64,000 nt of DNA from an uncultured Bartonella sp. (GCA_946478235.1 CAMLBF010000006.1:10481-74480); one strand, 5' to 3'; positions 9,476 to 20,767 are shown, counted from the first letter of the stretch. Notes: generated by a model not told the origin, from the letters alone. Numbers and translations: made by a program.

Positions 9476-12271
9476 CTAACGATAATTCGAAAGTGGTGGG
9501 CATGAACAGATCAAGTTTCTGTCCCCGCTCACATTGTCAATTCTCGATACTGGCGGCCAATATTTGTTTGCAGGATCCTGTTGCGGATCAGGCAGTGCCG
9601 CAATTTGTCTTGAATATGCATGAGCCCAAGCATCATTTAACGTATCTGCCAATGTGTGTGGTGCATTGACCAGCGGATTATCATCCTTAGGCCATACACC
9701 ATTTCCTACTTTTTCTGCCTCTTCAGCAATTGAAAGTAAAGCGTCACACAAACGATCAATCTCGGATTTAGGCTCCGACTCGGTCGGCTCGATCATCAAT
9801 GTTCCTGGAACAGGAAATGACATGGTCGGAGCATGGAAACCGTAATCAATCAACCGTTTAGCAATATCATCAACCGTGATACCAAATTTATCCTTCAGCA
9901 CGCGTGTATCAACAATACACTCATGTGCAACGCGTCCTTTTTTACCCTTATAGAGAATTGGATATGCTTGCGACAAACGCTGTGCGATATAGTTCGCATT
10001 CAATATGGCATTTTCTGTTGCCAATTTCAGGCCATCTGGCCCCATCATGCGAATATACATCCAAGTAATAACCAGAATGGACGCACTTCCATATGGTGCA
10101 GCAGAAACAGCATGACTTGTTGAGAAAATATTATGTCCCGGTACAAATGGCTGCAAATGCTTGGCGACACCTATCGGCCCAACACCCGGGCCACCACCAC
10201 CATGAGGAATAGCAAATGTTTTGTGTAGGTTCATATGGCAAACATCGGCCCCGACATCTGCCGGACGTGCCAAAGCCACAAGCGCGTTTAGATTGGCACC
10301 ATCAAAATAAACCTGCCCACCATTTGCATGGATAATATCACATATCTCTTTGATGCTTTCTTCATACACACCATGGGTAGAAGGATATGTAATCATCAAA
10401 GCGGCCAAATGGTCTTTATGCTGCTCGGCTTTAGCTTTCAGATCGGCAACATCAACATCGCCATCACCAAGACAATTGACAACGACAACTTCCATACCTG
10501 CCATATGCGCTGAAGCAGGATTGGTTCCATGTGCCGAGGCAGGAATAAGGCAAATATTACGATGTTTCTGTCCTTTTGACTCATGATACCGACGAATTGC
10601 CAAAAGCCCAGTATATTCACCTTGCGCGCCTGAATTAGGCTGGAAAGAAACAGCACTAAATCCAGTGATTTCACAAAGCCAATCATGCAACTGATGAATC
10701 ATTTCATGATAGCCAGCACTGTAACTTGCAGGCGCAAAAGGATGCATATTGGCAACTTTTGGCCAGCTTAATGGCATCATCTCGGCTGCTGCATTCAATT
10801 TCATTGTACAGGAACCAAGTGGTATCATTGCTCTATCAAGCGCCAGATCCTTATCAGCCAAACGGCGCAAGAAGCGCATCATCTCTGTTTCGGAGTGTAC
10901 AGCATGGAAAAATGGCTGACTAAGGAATGATGCATCACGACCATTGCCAAGAAGTTTTGTTGTTGCCTTACTTATAAGTTTGGCACCAAACAGTGCAGCA
11001 AGAGCACTGGCATCTTCTTCGGTTGATAACTCGTCAAAGTTGATGGATAAAGTATTATCATCGATCACCCGAATGAAACGGCCACCCTTTTCAGCTTCTT
11101 GAGCAATTTGTTGCGCATTTCCTTTAACGGTTACAGTAACACAATCAAAATAGTTCTCACCCGTCAGCGAAAACCCAGCTTCTTTAACGCTATCCCCAAA
11201 GCGACAAGCCAAATCATGAACGCGGTTAGCTATGGCCTGCAAACCCTGAGGGCCATGCCAAATTGCAAAAGCTGTCGACATATTGGCAAGCAAAGCTTGC
11301 GCTGTACAAATATTGGATGTTGCTTTGTCGCGGCGTATGTGCTGCTCACGCGTTTGCAATGCCAAACGAAAACTAACACGACCATGTGTATCAATGGATT
11401 GTCCAACAATACGACCTGGAATGAGGCGTGTCAGGGCTTCACTTGCGGCAAGATAACCGGCATGAGGACCACCAAAGCCCATGGGAACACCATAGCGTTG
11501 CATGGAACCAACAACCATATCCGCACCCCATTTTGCAGGTGCTTCCATAATTGTTAAAGCAAGTGGATCAGCAACGACGATTACCAGCGCACCAACAGCT
11601 TTTGCCTGCTTAATAGCGTCACTATGATCGATAAATCTTCCTTGTGTATCTGGCCATGGTAACACAATTGCTGCTGTGTCTGTTGTAATGTCTTTATTGA
11701 CTTCAACTTGAAAACCTTGCGTTTCAGCACGTGTCAATGCAACAGATAGTGTCTGCGGATGGAGCTCTCCAATAATGGAGATTGCTAGTTTTTTATTACG
11801 GGCAAACCGCACCGCAACCGCATTTGCTTCAGCCAATGCTGTCGCTTCATCAAGAAGAGAAGCCGCCGCAACTGGCAAACCTGTCAATTCCGCAACCAAG
11901 GTTTGGAAATTGAAAAGCATTTCCAACCGACCTTGACTGATTTCCGCCTGATAAGGTGTGTAAGCGGTATACCATGCCGGATTTTCAAACATATTCCGCA
12001 AGATAACCGATGGAACAAAAGTTCCATGGTACCCCTGCCCAATAAAGCTTTTGCGAACACGGTTCTGCTCAATTATCTGGTGTAATTCGTGCAGTGCGAC
12101 CGCTTCTGTTGCAGCCGCTGGCAAATTCAGAGCCCGATTAAGACGAATTGATTGTGGCACCGCCTCGTCAACCAAAGCTTCCAATGAAGCTACATTCAAT
12201 GCGTGGAGCATTTCCTTGGCCTCATCAGGGCGTGCTCCAATATGACGTGATGAAAACGGAAGTTCCTGCAT
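9476..12271 (-). CDS. gcvP: Glycine dehydrogenase (decarboxylating), P protein
   Basis: 931 aa single-chain P protein with the PLP site [16 protein letters not shown]. It is the last gene of the gcvTHP operon. Confidence 0.97.
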   Translation of the reverse strand: MQELPFSSRHIGARPDEAKEMLHALNVASLEALVDEAVPQSIRLNRALNLPAAATEAVALHELHQIIEQNRVRKSFIGQGYHGTFVPSVILRNMFENPAWYTAYTPYQAEISQGRLEMLFNFQTLVAELTGLPVAAASLLDEATALAEANAVAVRFARNKKLAISIIGELHPQTLSVALTRAETQGFQVEVNKDITTDTAAIVLPWPDTQGRFIDHSDAIKQAKAVGALVIVVADPLALTIMEAPAKWGADMVVGSMQRYGVPMGFGGPHAGYLAASEALTRLIPGRIVGQSIDTHGRVSFRLALQTREQHIRRDKATSNICTAQALLANMSTAFAIWHGPQGLQAIANRVHDLACRFGDSVKEAGFSLTGENYFDCVTVTVKGNAQQIAQEAEKGGRFIRVIDDNTLSINFDELSTEEDASALAALFGAKLISKATTKLLGNGRDASFLSQPFFHAVHSETEMMRFLRRLADKDLALDRAMIPLGSCTMKLNAAAEMMPLSWPKVANMHPFAPASYSAGYHEMIHQLHDWLCEITGFSAVSFQPNSGAQGEYTGLLAIRRYHESKGQKHRNICLIPASAHGTNPASAHMAGMEVVVVNCLGDGDVDVADLKAKAEQHKDHLAALMITYPSTHGVYEESIKEICDIIHANGGQVYFDGANLNALVALARPADVGADVCHMNLHKTFAIPHGGGGPGVGPIGVAKHLQPFVPGHNIFSTSHAVSAAPYGSASILVITWMYIRMMGPDGLKLATENAILNANYIAQRLSQAYPILYKGKKGRVAHECIVDTRVLKDKFGITVDDIAKRLIDYGFHAPTMSFPVPGTLMIEPTESEPKSEIDRLCDALLSIAEEAEKVGNGVWPKDDNPLVNAPHTLADTLNDAWAHAYSRQIAALPDPQQDPANKYWPPVSRIDNVSGDRNLICSCPPLSNYR

Positions 12272-12276
12272 ATATT

Positions 12277-12645
12277 TTATCCAATCATGGCTTTATAATC
12301 AGCGGCAGACATTAATCCGTCGAGTTGGCTGGCGTCAGAAAGTTTCATTTTCCAGAGCCAACCTTCTTTTTCTGCTTTCTGGTTAACCATAGCAGGATCA
12401 GAAGTAAGTGCTTCGTTCACTTCTGTTATAGTTCCATCAACTGGAGAATAGACGTCAGAAGCCGCTTTAACAGATTCCACAACCGCCGCAGCATCACCTT
12501 TAGCAACTGTGCTGCCAACTTCAGGCAATTCCACAAATACGAGATCGCCAAGCTGTTCTTGAGCATGATTGGTAATACCAACCGTTGCAACATCACCATC
12601 GAGGCTGATCCACTCGTGATCTTCAGTAAAATACAATTTAGTCAT
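12277..12645 (-). CDS. gcvH: Glycine cleavage system H protein
   Basis: 122 aa with the lipoyl-lysine motif [13 protein letters not shown]. Confidence 0.96.
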   Translation of the reverse strand: MTKLYFTEDHEWISLDGDVATVGITNHAQEQLGDLVFVELPEVGSTVAKGDAAAVVESVKAASDVYSPVDGTITEVNEALTSDPAMVNQKAEKEGWLWKMKLSDASQLDGLMSAADYKAMIG

Positions 12646-12650
12646 ATGAA

Positions 12651-13757
12651 TTATCCTTTAAAATAACGATGTTCAACAAATGGCAGAGAATGCACGGTAA
12701 GATCGATCTTTTTCCCACGCACTTCTGTTATGAGTTTTGTTCCAGGTTGTGCCAAGTCCATTGCAACATATCCCATGGCAACGGGACCATCAAAAGAAGG
12801 ACCAAATCCACCTGACGTAACTTTGCCAACCAACTTGCCTTGCTCATCAAAAATGTCGGCACCCGCACGCACAGGCTGGCGTGTTTCTGGCTTTAATCCG
12901 ACACGGCGCCTACTTACGCCATTTTTTAAGCAATCCAATAAGGCTTTGGCGCCAATAAAATCTGCTTTTTCCCTAACCGATTTTGTTACCGCCCACGTAA
13001 TGGCTGCTTCTACCGGATTGGTATCAACCGTAATATCGTTTCCATGCAAGCAAAGACCTGCTTCCAAACGCAAGCTATCGCGTGCTGCAAGTCCAATCCA
13101 GCTAACACGGGGATCGCTTAAAAGCTTCGTTGCCAGTGCTTCTGCATCTTCAACAGGAACAGCAATTTCAAATCCATCTTCACCAGTATATCCCGAGCGT
13201 GTCATGAACCAATTTTCTTTTGGTTCAAAACCATGCATGAATTTTAAGTCGCTACCGGCAAGACCGGCTTTTGCAACAACATCGACAGCTTCTGGCCCCT
13301 GCAATGCAAAAAAGACACGATCAAGCGGCTCAAGTGTACAATTGAAGCCCTGCATTCTGTTTTTGAGTTCTGCAATGTCTGCAACGGCATTTCCGGCATT
13401 GGCAACCACCATAAACCGCGCCTCACCCAGTCGTGTCACAATAAGGTCATCAAGAATACCAGCATTTTCATTCAATAAATAATTGTAGCGGCTTTGCCCA
13501 ATATTGAGTGCATAGGCATCAAGTGGCAGAGCTTTGGATAGAAATTCGCCAGCTTGAACACCTTCCACCAAAATGAGTTTCATATGTGAAATATCAAAAA
13601 GACCGGCATGTGCACGTGTATGCAAATGTTCTTTCATAACCCCTAATGGATAGGTAAGAGGCATATTCCAACCAGCAAACCCGCCAAATTTAGCGCCTGC
13701 TTTTTCATGCATATGATAGAGGGGAAGAGTTTTTAAATTTTCAGAAGAGCTGCCCAT
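12651..13757 (-). CDS. gcvT: Aminomethyltransferase, glycine cleavage T protein
   Basis: 368 aa with GLFDISHM and [11 protein letters not shown] motifs. It is the first gene after the glycine riboswitch. Confidence 0.95.
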   Translation of the reverse strand: MGSSSENLKTLPLYHMHEKAGAKFGGFAGWNMPLTYPLGVMKEHLHTRAHAGLFDISHMKLILVEGVQAGEFLSKALPLDAYALNIGQSRYNYLLNENAGILDDLIVTRLGEARFMVVANAGNAVADIAELKNRMQGFNCTLEPLDRVFFALQGPEAVDVVAKAGLAGSDLKFMHGFEPKENWFMTRSGYTGEDGFEIAVPVEDAEALATKLLSDPRVSWIGLAARDSLRLEAGLCLHGNDITVDTNPVEAAITWAVTKSVREKADFIGAKALLDCLKNGVSRRRVGLKPETRQPVRAGADIFDEQGKLVGKVTSGGFGPSFDGPVAMGYVAMDLAQPGTKLITEVRGKKIDLTVHSLPFVEHRYFKG

Positions 13758-13799
13758 AATAACTCCGAGGTTGCGTCAATAGAAGCACTATGCATCTAT

Positions 13800-13992
13800 C
13801 TCACACCCCTCTGTCTAAAGCCTGAGAGACTCGTAGGAATACTATCTTCCCACTTACACCTTCGGCGCGGGGTGTTCCCCGACTTTCCAGAGCTGCCATA
13901 TTTTTTTACGGTTCTTTGTGCCTGAGAGATTACGGGCAGTTTTCCCCTTCGGCGGCCAAAACACGGTAGATTGTGTTTTCACACTCTCCCGC
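13800..13992 (-). promoter_or_regulatory. Tandem glycine riboswitch (two aptamers) controlling gcvTHP
   Basis: On the minus strand, aptamer 1 reads CGGGAGAG...GCCGCCGAAGGGGAAA...CUCUCAGGCACAAAGAACCG. Aptamer 2 reads CUCUGGAAAG...GCGCCGAAGGUGUAA...CUCUCAGGCUUUAGACAGAGGGG. Both carry the conserved GGAGAG / CCGAAGG / CUCUCAGG cores. Confidence 0.9.
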
Positions 13993-14095
13993 AAAAAAAC
14001 GGAAAGTACATATATTGTTCCTCCCTGACATAAGAGCTGTTCTAACTTATCTTGAAAATGAAGTCATCTGCTAAATGTGTTCGCTAACAAGCAAT

Positions 14096-14515
14096 TTATT
14101 TTTTATCTATTATCGTACTGACGACGTTTATATTTGTGTTCAATTTTTGCGCAACATAAAAACCGATAGCCGTGGCGCAAAGACATAATGTAACAGACAA
14201 TAGAATATTCAATAATGACTGTGCAATCGCACCTTTTCGCAAGAGTTCGAAAGTTTGCAGACTGAACGACGAAAAAGTAGTAAATCCACCACAAAGACCA
14301 ACCATAATGAAAATGCGGATATTCTCGGAAAGTGGATAGCGTGCATGAGACACACTAATCATGCCAACAAGCGCAATGATAAATGATCCCAACACATTAA
14401 TTGTAATTGTACCCCATGGGAAATTTCGACTGATACAGGCCAGCGCAAGCCCTAGCCAATAGCGGGCAACACTGCCTATTGCACCGCCTAATGCCACCCA
14501 TAGAGTTGTTGTCAT
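14096..14515 (-). CDS. crcB: Fluoride ion channel CrcB/FluC
   Basis: 139 aa with four TM segments. Blocks include GGAIGSVARYW, GTITINVLGSF and GGFTTFSSFS. Confidence 0.9.
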   Translation of the reverse strand: MTTTLWVALGGAIGSVARYWLGLALACISRNFPWGTITINVLGSFIIALVGMISVSHARYPLSENIRIFIMVGLCGGFTTFSSFSLQTFELLRKGAIAQSLLNILLSVTLCLCATAIGFYVAQKLNTNINVVSTIIDKK

Positions 14516-14586
14516 GATACAAAGTCCTTATTAGAAGTTATAATCATGGAATATTATACAATGGAAGACAACGCATTGAGGAAGAA

Positions 14587-15093
14587 ATGCAAGCTGGAAA
14601 ACAACAATTACTGGAATTTTTGGATAATTTGGGAATTAGCGTAGAAACTTTTACGCATAAAGCCGTGTTCCATGTGGAAGAAGGTCGGGATATAAAAGAA
14701 AATATTCCGGGCGCGCATACAAAAAATCTATTTTTGAAAGATAAAAAGGGACATTATTTTCTAGTCACTTTGGGGTCATATGCTATCCTTGATTTAAAAC
14801 ATCTCCATGAAAAAATTGCTGCATCGGGACGACTTTCTTTTGGTAGTCCTGAAAAGCTTGCCGAATATCTCGGGCTTTATCCTGGAGCAGTCAGTGTCTT
14901 CGGTCTTCTTAACGATACTGAGCAGCATGTCACAATGATATTGGATAAAGCTTTGATGGAAAACTCCATTATAAATTGTCACCCTATGACCAATGAAGCA
15001 ACAACATCGATTAACCGCGATGATCTTATCAAGTTTGTTCGCGCAACCAACCATGAACCTCACATTATTCAGGTTTCAGAGGTTGAGGCTTGA
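14587..15093 (+). CDS. YbaK/ProX-type aminoacyl-tRNA editing (deacylase) domain protein
   Basis: 168 aa. HTKNLFLKDKKG...GAVSVFGL...INCHP resembles ProX/YbaK trans-editing domains. Confidence 0.7.
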   Translation: MQAGKQQLLEFLDNLGISVETFTHKAVFHVEEGRDIKENIPGAHTKNLFLKDKKGHYFLVTLGSYAILDLKHLHEKIAASGRLSFGSPEKLAEYLGLYPGAVSVFGLLNDTEQHVTMILDKALMENSIINCHPMTNEATTSINRDDLIKFVRATNHEPHIIQVSEVEA

Positions 15094-15163
15094 AATCGGA
15101 TAAGAAAAATACGACTGTTATGCCAATAAATAACCAATTTCGCCGAGATAGGACTTCATTATT

Positions 15164-16102
15164 ATGAGCGATAATCCATTTGCTGCGTCACCCAATCAGA
15201 CCAATCTTGATCCTAACAGTCAAAATGCTGCAGGTGCCGTTATAAAAGATACAACGACAGCCGACTTTCAAAAGGATGTTTTGCTAGAGTCGAAAAAACA
15301 GCCTGTTTTGGTGGATTTTTGGGCGACATGGTGTGGCCCATGCAAACAACTCGGCCCCGTTCTTGAAAAAGTTGTTACAGCCGCCAAAGGCGCTGTAAAA
15401 CTTGTGAAAATGGATATTGATAAACATCCGGCAATTCCTGGTCAATTAGGGATTAGATCCGTTCCTGCGGTTATCGCCTTTGTTGATGGGCGACCAGTTG
15501 ATGGCTTCATGGGCGCACAGCCTGAAAGCGAAGTTAAAAAGTTTGTTGCCAAACTAACTGGTGGCGAAAAAGAGGTAGCCATTGAAGAGGCTCTCGAAAC
15601 AGCCAAGCAATTGCGAGATAGCGGTGATGTTACAGGGGCTGCAAACCTTTATGCACAAGTGCTACAAGAAGCACCCGATAATATCGCGGCAATTGCCGGT
15701 TTTGCCGATCTTATGCTGGCAAATGGTGAAATCGAGCAAGCCAAGGCAATTTTGGCAACAGCACCTGATGGCAAAAAGGATGACCCACTTTTACGAAAAA
15801 TAGAAGCGCAAATTACCTTAAAAGAAGAAACCGCAAAATTGGGGGATCCGCTAGCACTTGCCAAACGTATTCAAGACAATCCGAAAGATTATCAGGCACA
15901 ATTCGATTTGGCTTTGATCCGCAATGCAGAGGGCAAACGGGATGAGGCTGCCGATTTGCTTCTTGCAATTATGAAAGCCGATCGTGCATGGAATGACGAT
16001 GGTGCAAGAAAACAATTATTGCAATTCTTCGATGCTTGGGGCGCAATGGATCCTGCCACACAAGCATCACGTCGTAAATTATCGTCTTTACTATTTTCTT
16101 GA
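15164..16102 (+). CDS. Thioredoxin-domain plus TPR co-chaperone (YbbN/CnoX-like)
   Basis: 312 aa with an N-terminal thioredoxin fold and intact WCGPC, followed by a TPR-like helical C-terminal domain. Confidence 0.8.
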   Translation: MSDNPFAASPNQTNLDPNSQNAAGAVIKDTTTADFQKDVLLESKKQPVLVDFWATWCGPCKQLGPVLEKVVTAAKGAVKLVKMDIDKHPAIPGQLGIRSVPAVIAFVDGRPVDGFMGAQPESEVKKFVAKLTGGEKEVAIEEALETAKQLRDSGDVTGAANLYAQVLQEAPDNIAAIAGFADLMLANGEIEQAKAILATAPDGKKDDPLLRKIEAQITLKEETAKLGDPLALAKRIQDNPKDYQAQFDLALIRNAEGKRDEAADLLLAIMKADRAWNDDGARKQLLQFFDAWGAMDPATQASRRKLSSLLFS

Positions 16103-16124
16103 AGAAAAAGTTGAGCTTATTTCG

Positions 16125-16154
16125 TGAAGCGTTAATTATTCCGTTAACGCTTCA
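16125..16154 (+). terminator. Intercistronic hairpin, possible partial terminator
   Basis: Perfect 10-bp stem GAAGCGTTAA/TTAACGCTTC (plus 1-2 extra pairs) followed by TGTTTCTTAT. Confidence 0.45.
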
Positions 16155-16172
16155 TGTTTCTTATGGATAAAA

Positions 16173-16841
16173 ATGATGAAAGCCGGAAATGCACATTACA
16201 CTAAATTAACGGACTTGCCAGGTGAGGTTGCATTGTTTCCGCTTGAAGGTGTCCTACTATTGCCAAATGGTTATCTGCCACTCAATGTATTTGAGGAGCG
16301 TTACCTAGAAATGGTTGAAGACACAATGAAGGGTAATCGTATTATCGGCATTATACAGCCTCTCCCTGAGGCTCAGGGTGATAAAAAACCTGAATTGTTC
16401 AAAATTGGCTGCTTGGGACGTATAACAAATTATAGTGAAACGGGTGATGGCAGGCTTACGATAGGACTGCAAGGCATATGTCGTTTTACATTTGTCGAAG
16501 AATGCGCCACAGATAAGCCTTATCGTATCGCAAAAATACAGCCCTTTGAAAAAGATCTTGTTGCACAAAAAGACGATGGTCGCGTCGATCGTGAAAGTCT
16601 GCTCAATACTTTTGAGAGTTTTCTTGAAGCCCATGAAATGGAAGCTGATTGGGGAAGCATTATGCAAGCTCCAACCACAACACTTGTTAATGCTCTTTCT
16701 ATCGTCGCCCCCTTTGGCATCGCGGAAAAACAGGCTTTGCTTGAAGCCGAAGATACGTTCACACGCGCACAAACATTAATTGCTCTGACAGAACGTGCGC
16801 TAATGTTTGCCGATAATGAAGAAAAGCCATCCTTGAATTAA
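16173..16841 (+). CDS. LON substrate-binding (LonN) domain protein
   Basis: 222 aa. [20 protein letters not shown] is the typical Lon N-terminal domain start. There is no ATPase or protease part. Confidence 0.78.
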   Translation: MMKAGNAHYTKLTDLPGEVALFPLEGVLLLPNGYLPLNVFEERYLEMVEDTMKGNRIIGIIQPLPEAQGDKKPELFKIGCLGRITNYSETGDGRLTIGLQGICRFTFVEECATDKPYRIAKIQPFEKDLVAQKDDGRVDRESLLNTFESFLEAHEMEADWGSIMQAPTTTLVNALSIVAPFGIAEKQALLEAEDTFTRAQTLIALTERALMFADNEEKPSLN

Positions 16842-16854
16842 TAAGGCACCAATT

Positions 16855-17046
16855 ATGGTCAAATATGCCACCGATCCCAAAATGTTGGAACTGTTGGTCT
16901 GCCCCGTTACTGGTGGCCCCTTGCGTTATGATGAAATGCATCAAGAACTAATATCTGAAAAAGCACAATTGGCTTTTCCTATCCGTGATGGCATTCCTAT
17001 TATGTTGGCGTCAGAAGCCCGACAACTGGATACAAACGAAATATAA
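16855..17046 (+). CDS. Trm112/UPF0434 family small zinc-ribbon-like protein
   Basis: 63 aa. [11 protein letters not shown]...[13 protein letters not shown] is the Trm112p-like signature. Confidence 0.8.
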   Translation: MVKYATDPKMLELLVCPVTGGPLRYDEMHQELISEKAQLAFPIRDGIPIMLASEARQLDTNEI

Positions 17047-17204
17047 TTTTAATATTGAGTGTTTCGCTTTACGAATAGCGTGCTATAACGCATTTATGAT
17101 CGCAATTATTCCAATATGGAAAGCGATTGTTTTTCTCATGTGAGCGTTTCAATAAAATAGATAAAACGAACACTCACACTATTTATACAGAGGGCGGAAT
17201 AGTT

Positions 17205-18317
17205 ATGGCGTCAAGAAAACTCTTTCTTCTCCCCGGTGATGGCATCGGTGTAGAAGCAATGGCAGAAGTGCGGAAGCTAATTTCTTATATGAACAAAGAA
17301 CTCGGACTCGACTTTGAATGCGAGGAAGGGCTTGTCGGCGGAGCTGCCTATGATGCATATGGTAAAGCAATTTCAGACGACGATATGGCCAGAGCCATGG
17401 CTGCAGACGCAGTACTTTTCGGCGCCGTTGGTGGTCCTAAATGGGCAAATGTTCCATATGAAGTCAGACCAGAAGCCGGATTATTGAGGTTGCGCAAGGA
17501 CTTAGGGCTTTTTGCCAATCTCCGTCCTGCAATTTGTTATTCTTCCCTAGCATCAGCATCTTCATTGAAGCCAGAACTGGTAGAAGGTCTTGATATTCTT
17601 ATCGTACGCGAATTGACTGGTGGCATCTATTTTGGTGAACCTAAAGAAATCATCGATTTAGACAATGGGCAAAAACGCGCTATTGATACACAAATCTATG
17701 ATACTTATGAAATTCAACGGATAGCAGAGGTTGCATTCGATCTCGCACGGACACGTAATAATAAGGTTACGTCATTTGAAAAGCATAATGTGATGAAGAC
17801 TGGCATTCTATGGAATGAGGTTGTCACAAAAGTGCATGACAAAAGCTATTCCGATGTCACATTGGAACATATGCTCGCTGATTCTGGTGGTATGCAACTT
17901 GTTCGGGCGCCAAAACAATTCGATGTTATAGTGACCGATAATCTGTTCGGCGATATTTTCTCTGATATTGCAGCAATGCTTACTGGTTCGCTTGGAATGT
18001 TGCCATCAGCCTCGCTTGGCGCAGAAGATCGTAAAACAGGTAAACGTCGCGCCTTGTATGAACCTGTCCATGGTTCCGCCCCAGACATTGCTGGTAAAGG
18101 CATTGCAAACCCAATCGCAATGATTGCTTCATTAGCAATGTGCTTGCGCTATTCGTTCTTGATGTCTGCTGAAGCAGACCGCTTAGAAAAAGCCATTGCC
18201 GGTGTCTTGGATGACGGAATTCGTACAGCTGATATTTATTCCGATGGTATGAAAAAAGTTTCTACCAGCGAAATGGGCGATGCAATTTTAGAAAAATTAA
18301 AGAGAACAGCTATCTAA
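17205..18317 (+). CDS. leuB: 3-isopropylmalate dehydrogenase
   Basis: [25 protein letters not shown] and NLFGDILSD-like (NLFGDIFSD) motifs are present. The start is trimmed to ATG 17205 (AGAGGGCGG upstream). The track ORF begins at 17127. Confidence 0.95.
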   Translation: MASRKLFLLPGDGIGVEAMAEVRKLISYMNKELGLDFECEEGLVGGAAYDAYGKAISDDDMARAMAADAVLFGAVGGPKWANVPYEVRPEAGLLRLRKDLGLFANLRPAICYSSLASASSLKPELVEGLDILIVRELTGGIYFGEPKEIIDLDNGQKRAIDTQIYDTYEIQRIAEVAFDLARTRNNKVTSFEKHNVMKTGILWNEVVTKVHDKSYSDVTLEHMLADSGGMQLVRAPKQFDVIVTDNLFGDIFSDIAAMLTGSLGMLPSASLGAEDRKTGKRRALYEPVHGSAPDIAGKGIANPIAMIASLAMCLRYSFLMSAEADRLEKAIAGVLDDGIRTADIYSDGMKKVSTSEMGDAILEKLKRTAI

Positions 18318-18344
18318 CATTTCACACAACCAATAATTTTTATG

Positions 18345-18380
18345 AAAAGCGATGTTCTATAAAACACCGCTTTTTTGTTT
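18345..18380 (+). terminator. Probable leuB terminator
   Basis: A 7-bp stem AAAAGCG/CGCTTTT with a 16-nt loop, running into TTTTTTGTTTTG. Confidence 0.45.
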
Positions 18381-18545
18381 TGTGAAACGTACCGATTTGA
18401 GCTTTTAACAAACAACGCAACTGCAGTGTTTTACTAGCGCAACAAATGATTTTTCGTGTCAACAATACTTTATTTGTTCATTTGTGTGGTGTTTCTTGAC
18501 AGTAGTGTAAAATACGGTAAAACAATCCTATTCAAGGAGTGTATA

Positions 18546-18662
18546 ATGGATATTCATTCATTTTCAGTGCAAAGGTTATGCCGTCACGACAGTGACTATA
18601 ATTTTGCACGCCTATCCTTGACAATTATTGGCCACAAAAAAACGACAAAGAAAATTATCTGA
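18546..18662 (+). CDS. Candidate 38-codon leader ORF upstream of asd
   Basis: AAGGAG (18534-18539) lies 6 nt before the ATG. The product is MDIHSFSVQRLCRHDSDYNFARLSLTIIGHKKTTKKII. Eleven of the last 13 codons are Thr/Ile/Lys. It is the in-frame part of track ORF 18456-18662. Confidence 0.3.
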   Translation: MDIHSFSVQRLCRHDSDYNFARLSLTIIGHKKTTKKII

Positions 18663-18680
18663 TGTCCCTTGGCCAACCTG

Positions 18681-18749
18681 CTCTCTCCCGGGTACGGCCC
18701 GGGGAAGAAAGCCTGACGGCCGCCGGGCTTCTTCAATAACTGGAGAGAG
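18681..18749 (+). promoter_or_regulatory. GC-rich structured 5' leader element (three-helix junction, anti-SD) upstream of asd
   Basis: CTCTCTCC (18681-18688) is the perfect complement of GGAGAGAG (18742-18749). This helix encloses two GC-rich hairpins. The block is much more GC-rich than the flanking spacer and ends 2 nt before the asd SD CAGGAG. Confidence 0.4.
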
Positions 18750-18764
18750 ACAGGAGTTACATAA

Positions 18765-19799
18765 ATGGGTTTTAAGGTTGCTGTTGCAGGTGCCACTGGT
18801 AATGTCGGCCGTGAGATGCTGAACATTCTTGAAGAACGTGGTTTTCCTGCTGATGAAGTTGTTCCTCTCGCATCACGCCGTTCTTTGGGAACTGAAGTTT
18901 CCTATGGCGATAAGACACTCAAAGTCAAAGTTCTTGATAATTACGATTTCTCAGACACAGATATTTGCCTTATGTCGGCAGGTGGTAGTGTTGCAAAAGA
19001 GTGGGCACCCAAAATCGGTGCTGCCGGTTGCGTGGTCATTGATAACTCGTCCGCTTGGCGTTACGATGCTGATGTCCCTCTTATCGTTCCAGAAGTTAAT
19101 CCTGATGCAATTACAGGATTTAAGCAACGCAACATTATTGCCAATCCTAATTGTTCTACAGCACAGCTGCTTGTTGCTTTAAAGCCTTTACATGACGCAG
19201 CAACGATCAAGCGGGTTGTAGTTTCAACATATCAATCTGTATCTGGCGCCGGTAAAGCTGGCATGGATGAACTGTTTGAACAATCGCGGGCTGTTTTCGT
19301 AGCAGACCCTATTTCTATCAAGAAATTCACCAAAAGAATTGCCTTTAATGTCATTCCTCATATCGATGTTTTCATGGAAGACGGCTACACCAAAGAAGAA
19401 TGGAAAATGGTTGCCGAAACCAAGAAAATGCTTGATCCAAAAATCAAATTATCAGCAACAGCTGTTCGTGTTCCTGTTTTCATTGGTCATGGTGAAGCTG
19501 TAAACGTGGAATTTGAAAAACCAATCACGGCCGATGAAGCGCGTGAAATTTTGCGCAATGCACCTGGTTGCCAAGTTGTCGATAAGCATGAAGACGGCGG
19601 CTATATGACACCGTACGAATGTGCTGGTGAAGATGATACTTTCGTCAGCCGTATCCGTGAAGACATTACAGTCGAAAATGGTTTGGCATTTTGGGTTGTT
19701 GCTGACAATCTTCGTAAAGGTGCTGCGCTCAATGCTGTTCAGATTGCAGAACTTCTTATTGCACGTAATCTGATTTCGCCACGCGCAAACAAAGCATAA
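18765..19799 (+). CDS. asd: Aspartate-semialdehyde dehydrogenase
   Basis: 344 aa with VAGATGNVG at the N-terminus, active-site NPNCST, and the SGAGK block. Confidence 0.96.
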   Translation: MGFKVAVAGATGNVGREMLNILEERGFPADEVVPLASRRSLGTEVSYGDKTLKVKVLDNYDFSDTDICLMSAGGSVAKEWAPKIGAAGCVVIDNSSAWRYDADVPLIVPEVNPDAITGFKQRNIIANPNCSTAQLLVALKPLHDAATIKRVVVSTYQSVSGAGKAGMDELFEQSRAVFVADPISIKKFTKRIAFNVIPHIDVFMEDGYTKEEWKMVAETKKMLDPKIKLSATAVRVPVFIGHGEAVNVEFEKPITADEAREILRNAPGCQVVDKHEDGGYMTPYECAGEDDTFVSRIREDITVENGLAFWVVADNLRKGAALNAVQIAELLIARNLISPRANKA

Positions 19800-19841
19800 T
19801 CGATAACAGTCTGTTATATTTCATAACAACTTCTAGCTATT

Positions 19842-19870
19842 AAACCTCCGAGAAATCGGGGGTTTTTATT
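19842..19870 (+). terminator. asd intrinsic terminator
   Basis: AAACCTCCG-AGAAAT-CGGGGGTTT followed by TTATTTG. Confidence 0.8.
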
Positions 19871-20581
19871 TGATATCGTGAAATATATTGGCGGGACATA
19901 TTCTGAGTATTTGGATATTTTATTTATACGCCAATAAAACAACTATTCCCCACCGCTAAGCCAAAAAACTTATCACAAGTTAAGCAACTGATTCTCGCAT
20001 TTCAGTGCATTCCAAAACATCTATCTCTATTTTTTGCCTATTTTAGTAATTCCTAGGCGCGAACAAATGTCGCAGCCATCATTTTATTGCTGATAGCTAA
20101 AATTGAACAAGTGCATTCGTGCAAAAAGCCTAGAGCCATAATCAAATTATATGAGCAGCATCTCCAACTGCGTTTTTTTGCATGAGGCAGCTTCGGAAAA
20201 GACAAAATCAGATAAATGACGTTTCTGCTTCTGTAAAAAGTGGAATTTTAAATGTCTGAAAAACATAAATTTTTCAAAAATTGTCGACAAAAGGACATAC
20301 TATCAAACGCTGATAACGGTTTTTAGATGTCAATTATATTCAAAATCATCATATTGGAGAATGTGAATTTATATAGCCTGAAGAATTTTTGTCATGCAGC
20401 TTAATCTCGTCTCAACATCATAACGCTATCAAAAAATCTCTTCCAAATTCAATAAAGCTATTCAACTATTAGTTGTAAATATATTTTTGATGTTTGCAAT
20501 GCGAGTAATAATATATAAAGTTGTTCTAAGTTAACCTGAATGGTACCGCAAACATATTTGCGGTAGTAATTGGAGGCAAAA

Positions 20582-20767
20582 ATGTTACGTGCGGTTGCGC
20601 AGGCTATTCTTGATTGCGCGGGATTTATCGCTGCTTTTTTCTTTCCACAAGATTCAACCAATTTTGATTTCATCCGCATGGGTGTTGCACTCATGATGAT
20701 TATCATTTTTGCTCTCATTGTTTGGCTCATACCGCAAATATTTCATAGGGGTAATACACCCCACTGA
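20582..20767 (+). CDS. Hypothetical small membrane protein (61 aa)
   Basis: GGAGG (20572-20576) lies 5 nt before ATG 20582. There are two hydrophobic segments (AILDCAGFIAAFFF, GVALMMIIIFALIVWLI). I recognise no family. Confidence 0.35.
   Translation: MLRAVAQAILDCAGFIAAFFFPQDSTNFDFIRMGVALMMIIIFALIVWLIPQIFHRGNTPH

Noticed and set aside
12730-13482. 250-aa plus-strand ORF antisense to gcvT, and similar long antisense ORFs at 11099-11557, 16305-16772, 24161-24691, 34276-34767 and 35695-35997
   Set aside because: Each lies entirely inside a well-supported gene on the other strand. Each has Ser/Pro/Ala/Cys-rich low-complexity composition, and none has an SD. They are typical shadow ORFs.
14516-14586. 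Fluoride riboswitch upstream of crcB
   Set aside because: Only 71 bp separate crcB from the divergent ybaK-like gene. The conserved crcB-motif core is not recognisable on the minus strand.
18681-18749. Considered whether the GC-rich block upstream of asd is the SRP (4.5S) RNA or another housekeeping RNA
   Set aside because: The conserved SRP helix-8 core (GGUCAGG-CCGGAAGG-AGCAGCC) is not present, and only loose GGAA/AGCC fragments occur. The position directly abutting the asd SD fits a cis-acting leader better.
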